The position numbers and the translations under genes were made by a program. Below the pieces are notes generated by a model. It saw nothing but the letters and a program-made list of their open reading frames with translations, was not told the DNA's origin and did no database searches. From positions 62,001 to 106,457 of the forward strand of contig JYFJ02000838.1 in NCBI GenBank assembly GCA_000934665.2: a stretch of 44,457 nt of DNA, read 5' to 3'. Shown here one piece after another: positions 23,262-33,790 of this stretch. How positions within the stretch are numbered: position 1 is the first letter of the stretch; each line of letters begins with the position of its first letter. The DNA comes from Catajapyx aquilonaris. Its lineage: Eukaryota.

Positions 23262-26200
23262 TTGGATTTTGCGCTGTTGGTATTTTTAGAGGACGTGTAA
23301 GTCGATTTGGACCGATGATGGTGGGAGCTTTTAGTGGAGACTGAAGAGTACACAAGTGCAGGCGAAGGGATAATCCGATTCGGGCGATAATTCTCCAAGT
23401 ATCGTGAGAGTATCCGGCCAAATACAACAGAGTATGAAGTTTCCGTCGGAAGTATCAGGAAAATTGTCGGAGAAAAGGCGGAAAAGTCGAGAGACGTTTT
23501 TTGGAAGGGATTTCTGGCAACTTATGTCGATAAATCTTACAGTTAGAATTGATGTGATGTTGACATTTTAATTTCCAATGAGAGCTGGATTAAACTGACG
23601 TACACATGCCATTTATTTGCATTTAGAAATGTAATATTGCTATTTGGGCGAATAAATTTCGACAGCAATTTTGGAGTCATATGAATAAATCTGAAAGCGT
23701 CATTACTTTTATGCCATTTTTGTTTAGAGATATTTTAAAATATTATCATAGTGGGTATTATAATTTTCTTTTTAATAAATTAATCATAATAATCCAGTGT
23801 GTTGATACATATTTAGTAAACGTGTTCTATATGACTGGAACTAGGTCGGAATGAATTATACAGGTACGACTGAACGAAAGCAATGTTCCCGGTTCCAGTC
23901 CTGGAGTGAAAATTTTCTCTGGAAGCCAGAGAAGGCCATTATTGTAAGGTGGGAACTTTTCCTGGCCTTGAATGGAAGAAAATCGGATTCTAGAAAAGGT
24001 CTCCCACCTTTCCTTGTACGGTGTGGTTGAATCGAATTCTCTCTTTCCCTGTGTGGTGGAACAATCCGTTCTTTTATTCCACTTTTCTCAGAATTTTCTA
24101 CCTTGTTTTCATCGTCCTTGAGCAGTAACAATCCTATTTATAGCAATATCGCAACTTTTTGAAAGCAAATAATGAAGCCGGAACATATGAACACAGTACA
24201 TCATTATTTCTGCTTTGATCCATTTGGAAGGCTGTTCCATGCATGAAACAATCCTAGAAGTGTATACATTAAGCTTTCAATTGCATCCGTGCAGGCAATT
24301 AAATCCGTACGGATCAGGTGCATCAAGAGCGATTCATTATTTTTCTCACTTGCTCATCCAACAAATGAGACACGCAGCACATTAATCATTCCTTAGCCAA
24401 GAGCGATTGTCACTTTAAAATAGATTACCATGTATGTCCTGGACGATATTGCATGTGGCACTATGACAGTGTATTATCTAGGGTTCGATAATTGCATGTG
24501 GCTTTACCAGCTCTGAGGCTGCAGTGTAACTGTGGTTATGGAGTTGACGATGACCCTATATCTCGCAGGTCGGAAGTGGTTTTAGCATATTCCAGGGATG
24601 CGATGGAAAATAGACTGCCAAACCCTACTGTTAGTAACACTCATTTTTGTCCATTTTTCAGTCGGATGAATCCGATGCACATTGCAATTTTAACCTGGTC
24701 ATTAAAGCGCTGAATTGATGCATGTTTGGACGCACGCGTTTTGGTACACACTTGGGAAAGGTCGTGGTGCTCATTACGTCGCCAATTACGCGATTCATCA
24801 TTCAATGCGGTAGGAATAATAATTGCGTTTGCAAATGGTTTTGCTGAAGTGAAAAGTGCCCCTCCCACTTTTGATTTTATGGCGTGATGTCCTTGTGTAT
24901 GTTTTCCTCACTGGAAAAAAATATGTGATAACAAGCAACAATTTTATTTTAAATTCCTGACCTTTACGTAATGCATGTTTCACCGCTTCATTTGATGCTA
25001 AAGCAACTGCTTGTAAATTTGTTCACTAACAAGTCCTATGTCGTCAACAGCTGTAATTCGAACCTCGAACAAGCTTTAATCCTGTGGGAGGCTACAACGC
25101 AGGAAATACGGATCGCTACGGATAATTAGGTCTTTGAGTTCCATGTTATTTATCAACGATGACAACAACATGTGTGTGGAAACGCCAATTCATGCGCATT
25201 TGTACTCTCTCCCTATTCACACTCACGGCCGCGGATGAAACCGCGTTTATTTGTCCAGTACCAAGCTGAACCCCAAACAAAAAAAAAGATCGAAGTCATC
25301 CGCCAACGACGTGCCCTCCTCTCATTGCCATTTATAAAATTAACGACATCGCTTTTTTCGCCAGCATATTTGAATGCTGTCATTAAAGTGGTCATTAAAC
25401 AAGCATGAACAGGAAGTAAAAGTAAGGCTCGTTGGTGATTCCGGAACAGTTGGATGAGAATGACTAATTGATGGCAGCTTTGTTCCGAGATGAGCATAGC
25501 AATATCTTCCGGAGAATAATGGCCGAATATCCTGCCCTGTCACTTGCTTGATCCTGAAGAGTGTCAAAAAAAGACTTTGGTCTGATAAGTCACCGGATAT
25601 TTTCCTCTAAGGCAAGTTGTCTCCGGTGCCTCTCCGAAAGACGTAGGTGCACTCGGCCCGGAAGAAACGGATGGAGGCGGTTCCCGGGCACCCTCGTTTG
25701 CATAATTCCTGGGCTGGCGTTGTCGATAATTGGCGAGGACCGTGGGGTACAAGGACGGTTGGAAGGGATGTACTGAAGAATCAGATGGGATAGAGGGTAC
25801 GGGTAAGGGCGTCGACCGGTGGCTTGTGTTCATTAAAACAGTATTACACAAACGAAGAAGTCTCAAACGTCCTTCAGTGCGATTTAGGCAAATGAGATAG
25901 TGTGACTTCAAAGAGTCTCTTGATCAGTTCCAGCTTGAGTTACCAATTTTATGCAATCTGGACTGAGTTGTAGTTGTCATATAACTAACGATATAGTACT
26001 GTACAATGAAATGAAAATGCAACCCCAAATGAAAGTTATTATGTATAATTAACCAAAGCCTACCTAAATGGTAGAGTGAGACCCAGGCTATAGAATGACA
26101 ACGTTGCAGGATCCTATGTGGACAAGTTGTTAGGTTCCTAAGTAGTATTTAAAATTAACTTCCACAAGTTGCTCCAAACAAAGGTCTTGTCATAGATGTT

Positions 26201-28938
26201 TTTCCTCGGTAATTAAGTATGAGAATACAATTTCCAGTACGTAAGGCGCTTACCGCTAATGATGTGCAGGCAGTGGACGTGGCACGCTATTATGACATTC
26301 CGAGTACGCTCCTGCATGCTGCAAATGAGAAATGACGCAAATTTTCAATTCCGGTTGAAATTCCCTGGCCTGGTTGCGCGTTTAATTTGCATTGGTACGT
26401 TCGGTTTGTTTCGCCAAGCTTGAACTGACTGCTGATTGATGCACAAACAGAAATGTTTGGTCAAAGAGGTGCTTCCCCTCATCCCATTACCACTGCCATC
26501 CTGTTTGAATGCGACTTCTCCTCAACTAGTACCAAATCTGTGTACAACAGCCTTATGAACAATAGGCACGTTTTGGTGTATTTTCGATGTACACGAACAG
26601 GTGCAGCGGATTTCAGCTGGCAATTAGTGATAAAGTGAGTTCTGGAGTTTGCATATGGTGCAACCACAAAAGCTGCTCAGAAACTTCAAAGTCCGGCTAT
26701 TAAGGAAGCCATTAGCTTAGTGCATGAGCTTTACTGTCAACTGCTTCTGGCGATTTCACATCCCCGTCTGTTGCTCCAGCGGGATATGGTTTACGAACGT
26801 CTCTTAATGCGGAGATATGGATCATGATCCGGGCCTATCTGCTGTGGTTTATTTGCCTCTGTGGTCAGTTTTCCTCAACGGTAATGCTTATTTTACGAGA
26901 ACGTACCACGTAACAGTAATGGCCACTTGACAGTAGATCGTGAGTGCCCATTTTGGAGGTAACAGAAGAAATTTGCACTTTATCAGTTAATTTTTGCAGT
27001 AATGTTGTACAATATTTGACACATGGCGCCACGTTAGTCTTGCACAGTGAGTTTAAAGTTAACCAATTACTTTTTAGAGACTAAGGCCCACTATCGCAGT
27101 TTGTGATTGCTTCTCTGCTTGAAAGCTTATTTCTTTTGAGTTCATCGGGAAATGAAGAAAGTTCCACTCGAGCGCACCCTACAAGAGTATAAAAGTTGAA
27201 AAATGTCCTCAATTAAAATGGCAGCGAAAAAACGGGGTTCCAATATTTCTTGGTAATAACTATTAAGCCGAGATATGAGGATATAATCGTCTTAAAAATT
27301 TTATAGGAGTCGGGGTATAATTTGGGGGGGAAATCCAATTATAAATAAGTGCTCCTTTGGGAAAATCTTCCGCTGAAATAAGTGATTCTTAATAAACTTC
27401 CGTTAGTTTGAAAAGACACCAGGCATTTTACTTACACCCAGGATTTTTACGTAATTATAAATTCAAGAGTCAAAAGGAAAATTTTACTTAACATCTCACT
27501 TCTTACAGCACTTCTTTCCAACTGCGAGTACATAAGTTAACTTTCGTCTCACGTACTCCAACTTTAAGAGAGTTGCAGACCATCAAACGTGGCGAAAAGT
27601 ACACCTAAAAATCTGACTTTCCTACCAACTTCTTCGGTTGAGTGCCGCAGGACTTCATTTTTATAATAATTAGTTACACTCTTGCTGGATGCAGTGTAGC
27701 ATTGCAAATATTTAAAGTGAACCTACAATAATGGAAAATTTTCATCGTGAGACTTGCTGTGAGAAGTAGTTGGAACCTTGACCAATACGTTTGGCAATGG
27801 TGCTATCGAGGAGCCTGCCAAGATAAGAGTGAAAGTTTTCCCGTATTTCACCTACAGACGTCACTTCTTAAATGGGGTCCAATTGAAAAACTGCTGGTTC
27901 CGAAAGGCCAGTAATTGATATCTTTTTTGGCTATTTAAGACAAGGCTTAATCACACGTATCACTGACCAAAATTTATTGCTGGTACACTATATATTTGGT
28001 GAAATTTATTCAACATTTGTCGATGAATATCGGTGAATATTAATTTTTCAGTAACATCATAGAAATTATGAAAAAAGACTTTTGGCAAATATCAAAGGTT
28101 CACGATGGCGATGGCGATAATTACAACTGCTAATGAAAAGGACTGACGATGTCGACGCTGTGAATGCGAGCAAATGTGACAATTTAAAAAGTACGCCACA
28201 TTCTCTCTAACAGGTTTAATTAGAGGTGGAAGTATGTTTGTATAGTTCTATAATTTTCCGACTCGTCAGCACAATACTTTACATCAAAGGTACTGTACAA
28301 TATGCACATTGTGAAGTCCTTTTGTTCGCAGAATATGCAGTGGTTGTAGTGCGTGAATACTGGTTCTGACTATTTGTCTAACTCATGAGTGTAGTACAAA
28401 AACTTTAATTGCACTATTGCTGCAGTCTCAATAAATCCAATCTCCCAGCTTAAATTATTTTTAAAAAACTACTTTTCATCAAAATTTTTTTTTCAAAAAG
28501 CTAAGAAAAATGTGAGTTGTGTTGAGACATTTCTGACACAGAAGGCAACAAGATAAAGAACAAGGATGTTTCTCACCTTGATGGCAGTAGATGACCACCC
28601 AAGGGCTTACGTGGCAGTGCCTGTCGGCGAATTACGCCGCCCGTAAGGGATTATGGGAGGCCACGAAGAGTCGATTTAAGCAGTGGAGAGGAAAACGGAA
28701 GCGACAAGAGACGGTTTTTGCCGCGCCCCAAAAAGGATTCCCGTCTTTCCTTTGTGGACTTCCTTCTCTCACAGAAAACACGTTTAAGCAGCAGGGCTCT
28801 CCAAAATGACCAAAAATTTTACATCCACTGAAGGCTTGTCACATCATGTGAAACATTTTCTACATGACAATAATATATACGATATATATTTTTTATTAGG
28901 ATGAGTCTGCCTGTCGACAGCGTTGAATTTCCCTCCAG

Positions 28939-29086
28939 ATTTTAACGAAATTGGCCCGTAATTATGGTGCCCCGAATTCCGTGGCATCCATTCCGTACAT
29001 TATCCGGATGGCCTTGCACAAACAGCCTGATTCCATTTGCGTCATGAGCAATTCGTATCTGGAAGCCCCGGAATGCTGACAGCCAG
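28939..29086 (+). other. Candidate spliced exon (148 nt), probably non-coding or stop-containing
   Basis: Acceptor TTTCCCTCCAG| (AG at 28937-28938) and consensus donor CAG|GTGAGT (GT at 29087). All three frames contain a stop; the phase-0 frame is open for 46 codons until TGA at 29077-29079. Confidence 0.35.
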
Positions 29087-29472
29087 GTGAGTTTCATAGC
29101 TCTTGGACCCCCAGACTAAAAAATAATACCGTGGCAAAGAGCGCTCGCGTTAATGGTAATTAGAACTACAGAGTGCTAATCCAACAAATTCCTAGTCGCC
29201 CTGAAAATTACCCCCCCTACGTTAGTAATCCTTCACAACGAAGAGGCGGCAATTCCGGAATTTGAAAGTCAGAGATTCCGGTGCCGGTGTCGCGCACGGC
29301 ACAAAGACGAATTATTCAAATACTGCAATGAAATTACATGAGACATGCCTGGTACCGGTTAACTTGGGTAATGGTTTTAATTCGGCGTTATCTTAATTAG
29401 GCGGTTGAGCTCCCGAAGGACGTTGACAGGCGTGAATTGCATTTAAGCCTTCCTTTAAGCTAGGCCTATCCT

Positions 29473-29828
29473 TGTGGTGAGATGCATCGCAGCCAATCAA
29501 GGCTCGAGTGCGAATAAAAAAAGAGAACGTCTGCTCTGTTTCCCACGGATGAGACGCAAGTTAACTTCTTTCCCACAAAAACCACACAAACGCCTGTTGT
29601 TGAGTGCATAGGAATTGCGGGCCAGCGCCTACGGGGTCAGACCAGACTGTGGTCACGTGTTACTTTATATCACTTCACGAGGCCTCTGAGGTTTGTGCAG
29701 CAGAATCCGTTTTTTTTTTTTAGCTTTTTGGAGAACGCTCTCGTGCGGATTTGTTGAATTCAGTGATTGGAACCGGAGGCGATCGAAGTAGTTTGCCAAC
29801 ATGTTATTGGATGAACAAACAGGTAATT
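29473..29828 (+). promoter_or_regulatory. Candidate promoter/enhancer with CCAAT, 2x Su(H), 3x Runx-type sites, an E-box, an Inr-like motif and a downstream donor
   Basis: TGTGGT 29473; AGCCAATCA 29491; TTCCCACG 29540; TTCCCACA 29570; AACCACA 29580; TGTGGT 29648 fused to CACGTG 29654; TCAGT 29760; CAG|GTAATT with GT at 29823. Confidence 0.4.
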
Positions 29829-30154
29829 GGACTGGTACGAGTCCGAAGCCGTACGATTCCGCGGGAGCAGTTGGCTGAAAATGGGCAAAATTGCGTTCTT
29901 CCCGTTATTGTGTTATCTGGGAAAGCCTGGATTTTAGTGTGCACTGCATCACTGCAATGTGCGCTGATTATTAAAGGTATTTTTAATTATCGGTAAACAT
30001 TTTTGGGGGGCATTTTATTGGGAAATATTTACTCCGTATGTTTGGAAGGTGCGCCGGTGTTTATTTGCTAGGAAAATAGTTGGGGGCGTGTTGAAAATGA
30101 TGTGCGGATGTATGAATTTATCGTGGTAGTTATTTATAAATATAATTTATAATG

Positions 30155-30186
30155 CGGTACGGTATACGGTACGGTGCGGTACGGTA
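30155..30186. repeat. Imperfect (CGGTA)n microsatellite, 6 units
   Basis: CGGTA CGGTA ta CGGTA CGGTG CGGTA CGGTA. Confidence 0.9.
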
Positions 30187-30776
30187 GAGTAGTAGAGTGT
30201 ACTACAAGGTCATTGCTGCCCCTGTCAAGTGCACTGCCTGTTGAACAAAAGAGGCACTTTGGTTGCAAGTCTGCAAGGACAACCTGAGGAGCAATCGTGT
30301 AACCGTCGTTTTTAAACGGTCATGTTGTAACTTCGGTGAGGTGGCTAGTTTCATGTCTATCAAAGTGAGGGTGTTACGTAACCTAAATTTACTTTAAATG
30401 CCTGCTGCAGGTATATCCGAGAATATATCCAGGTTGTTAATTTTGTGAATATACTAATGGGAAATCTTGCAAATATTTGCCTAACCCTAGTAATTAGTTT
30501 TTACTCCAGTAATGTTCACATTTTCCAGTAAAGCTTTGTTTTTCTTCAGATACTGTACAGCAGTATTATTTCATCACATACGCATAAATGCAAATCCAAT
30601 TGCCCCGTGGCGAAGAAAAAACGGGAGAAAACGGAAATTACGCCGTAATCGAAATAACCGCAAGTGAAAAAAAATTGTGCCTAAAGCTGCTTATATGCCT
30701 ACTTGCATATGAAACCTTTAATTTACTCAGTGTAGCTCACGTTTCATAATTTATTAACGTTTTCCGCCCGTTTCAG

Positions 30777-30866
30777 TTTGGCCGGAAGTGTCTCCTGGAG
30801 AACGGACTTGTCAGAGAATACGGTCGCCGACGGCAGACTTCTCCATGCCTGGACCAGCGGTTTTTG
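30777..30866 (+). other. Candidate internal exon (90 nt), possibly carrying a start codon; product unknown
   Basis: Branch-like TTAAC at 30754-30758, pyrimidine tract, TTTCAG| acceptor with no other AG in the preceding ~40 nt, and donor TG|GTGAGT (GT at 30867). GC is 51/90 nt against an AT-rich upstream flank. No stop in any frame; ATG at 30845 gives MPGPAVF then a phase-1 intron. Confidence 0.5.
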
Positions 30867-31324
30867 GTGAGTACACGAAACACAACAGCGACTCCTTTCT
30901 CCGGCCGCAGGGAACTGTATATACACCTTGCAGCATTAATGTAGCATTGCAAAGCGCAAGGAGAGCAGTAAGGAGCTGCATAATTAAATTCAAGAGTTAT
31001 CTTTAAGTGTAAGTAAAGACCGACGGTAAAGACCCTCTTAAGCTGGACCGTAAAATCTTTTAAGATTTTTTTTAACAAAATGTGCGCAAGACCTGCATTG
31101 CTAAACCAACGTTGGCACAGACTCGGGACGATGGTGAGAGCCACACCCATTTCTGGGGTCCAAAATCGCGAATTTCCTTCTGCCCTTTGCCTGCATGCTG
31201 CCGGAGATAAGACTGCGGATACAGGACCCGGAGCGATAATCCCAAGAAAAGTTTGGGGCTTCTAAGGATAGCAATAGAGGGTGGGGCAAGGGATGAGTTG
31301 ATTTCCCAAGACTGAGTGTGAAGT

Positions 31325-31388
31325 AATTTGTTTTAATTTTTTAACAAGTAAAAATGAATTTGTTTTAATTTTTAAACAAGTAAAAATT
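31325..31388. repeat. 32-bp direct tandem duplication (2 copies, 2 mismatches)
   Basis: AATTTGTTTTAATTTTTTAACAAGTAAAAATG / AATTTGTTTTAATTTTTAAACAAGTAAAAATT, followed by a partial AATTT. Confidence 0.92.
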
Positions 31389-33564
31389 AATTTTTCCCCT
31401 AATTGAATGAATTATCATAACGAAAACCATTCCTCGCTTATTTGTGAATTCTCGGAAATTCCGTGCAACTGTAGTCGACAACATTCCTTTGGCCCATACA
31501 CGGTGTCATCCTGTCCAAAGTTGCTCCTTCTGTAATTAAACTTAATTAATTCAAGTTAAAGCTTCAAGTTGTGTGAAGTGTGACATGACGGCAGAGGGGG
31601 GGTTCGTGGAACATTGACGAATACACGCTGGCCTGAATATTCGTCGCGTTGTAGTTGACGGGAATGTCGAGTGGACCCAGCTTCATTCAGGGTGGCAATA
31701 ATTTTCAGCTGTCGAGGTCCGACGGCGAAGTACATGCCGGCGATGTGCTGAAAGCGACCCCCGCCAGTCCTCCTACCTCCCCTTTACCATTTTTTTTGTT
31801 GGACTTGACGTGCGAAAGGAAGTTTCGTCGTCATCAAAATTTGCTCCGCTTTTCCTCTCCGTTGGAGGCCGGTTGAAAAGTGGAGACGACGCGACGTCCA
31901 CATCGCCGGTTATAAACTAGCTACTATTTTTCATCTTGTCGTGCGACTTGAAATGGGAGGAAAAACTGAGCTCACATTGATCTCTTTTTAAGTAGGGTGA
32001 GACCATATGTCTTGTAATAAATTTAGGATTAACCTATGCTATTTTAAGTAGCGTACAACAGGTAGGACACTGGACACATTCAAAACATGGCTTGTGTATA
32101 CAAAGTGGAGGAAACAATTATTACCGTATGGTCCCAAACGGTCAGTGGAACACCGCTAGAGTTTATGGCACTATAGGTGGCTACAAACTACAAAGCTATA
32201 AATATTTTGTCGCTAGTTCTTTACATCATTGTTTAATGAGCCGTGTGGGCAAAAGAGCATGGGCCTAGCTATTCTGGTGAGGGTTTCCACCCTTGAAGCC
32301 AGCGTGTAGCCTACGGATCAATATGGTTGGGAGAAACGAATGGGAAAGCTCGCCGGCACCATTAGATCTCTCTGCAGCACCGTTTGTTTGGAGTCTGCAA
32401 TGGGGAATTTTCAAACCTCAGGGTGCAAAAAAAAAGAGAAGCATAGGGGTGAGAAAATGTTCCGCGAGAGTGTGATACCACTTTATCTGATTATCATCCT
32501 AGTGCACTTTTATGAGAAGTACTGTTGAGGCTAACCGCTCTAAAAACATTCTCTTTAAAATACATAATGGCAAACACAAAAAATTAAATTAAAATTGCAT
32601 GAAAACATTCAATTGCAAATGTTCATGTACATGATTTAATAATTCAAAATGTCAGCAGAAAGTAACCAAAAGGAAAAGTAGAATTTCCCGGGGCTGTCCA
32701 TCTATTAATAGTAATACATTCATTCCTGAGGTTTTACAGTACAGTTCTGTCGTGCTACATGCATATGTTAGAAGCTCTTTTCCTAATTTGTAGTTGGATG
32801 CCGGAGGAGTAACCAGGAATTTTTCAATTCACTATTCCTTGGTACAGTATTTCTAAAAGGTAGGTTTTACGGCAGAGTAGCATGGTAGAAAGGATAAAAG
32901 GAAGGGAAGAGTAGATTGGACTTTATGGAAGGCTGGGTGGGGTAGGAATGGATCAATTCCTTTCTTCAAAAGACAAGATAAGAGAAGATGACGGATTCCT
33001 TTCCGGAAACTCTTCCTTTCTTGAAAGCTGCGGGAGAGACACTTTGCATTATTATTATAATCCTTCTAACGTTAAGTGCAGTGCACCATACAAATGTAAC
33101 AAAATAACATTGGAAATAACTATATTCTACGGTACATACATTAGCAACCTGAACTAGTGTAAAATAATTTTGACGAATTTCTCCTATATTCAGTTACATT
33201 ACAAACAGTGCTAAAAGGCTTTGAATAGGTTAATAATATGTGTCTGTAGCATCTTTACTGTGTCTTAACTTATTTATTTCGTCATCTTACTTAAGGTGGA
33301 AATGAAGCTAGAGTCACTCAATGAGAATTTTATGAAAAAAACATATGTTACGCAGTTTTGTGTCCTCTTATCAATGGCGCAAAGAAAAATACACGTCACC
33401 GTGCAAATTAGCGAACTGGAGGGCTCAGAAGTTCGCGATTTAACATGGGCCCTTATGGCAGAATTTTCAATAGTCCACAAAAAAATCATAAGTAAATGAG
33501 AATTTTAAAATTAAATGTGGAATATGTCGGGACTTATATACTGATCGTAACCGAAAAAAGAAAA

Positions 33565-33790
33565 CCCTACCTCACCGTGCTCTTTCAATTTGTATTGCGG
33601 AAAAACGATCCGAAAATGATCCAGTGACGTCACCTTGCTCCACTCGAGTGAGGCAGTGGCAACACTGCGTTGTTTACGGTAGCGAGATACGGTTGCATAC
33701 GACCGCGAAATATGAGTGCAAGTTAGTATGATGGTTTTTACAACGGCTCACACAGGATTTTCGTTTGGCGGGGGTGTTTGTCAGACGTCA
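33565..33790. promoter_or_regulatory. Candidate core promoter, possibly bidirectional
   Basis: CRE palindrome GTGACGTCAC 33624-33633; TGGCAACACTG 33657-33667 (YGGCARC, Ohler motif 8-like / RFX half-site); TTGTTTAC 33670-33677 (Fox-type); E2F-like CCGCGAAA 33703 and TTTGGCGG 33764; second CRE-like AGACGTCA 33783. Donor-like GTGAGG/GTAGGG on the - strand at 33565-33575 and GTTAGT on the + strand at 33722. Confidence 0.45.

Noticed and set aside
27641..27652. AGTGCCGCAGGA resembling the 3' half of miR-252
   Set aside because: The seed half is absent and there is no hairpin.
26819..29262. 12-bp perfect palindromes GGATCATGATCC (26819) and AATTCCGGAATT (29251); also ATTATCGATAAT at 12140
   Set aside because: Several palindromes of this length are expected by chance in 44 kb, and there is no supporting context.
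31325..31388. 32-bp direct repeat as a CRISPR repeat
   Set aside because: Only two abutting AT-rich copies, with no spacers and no cas genes. It is a simple tandem duplication.
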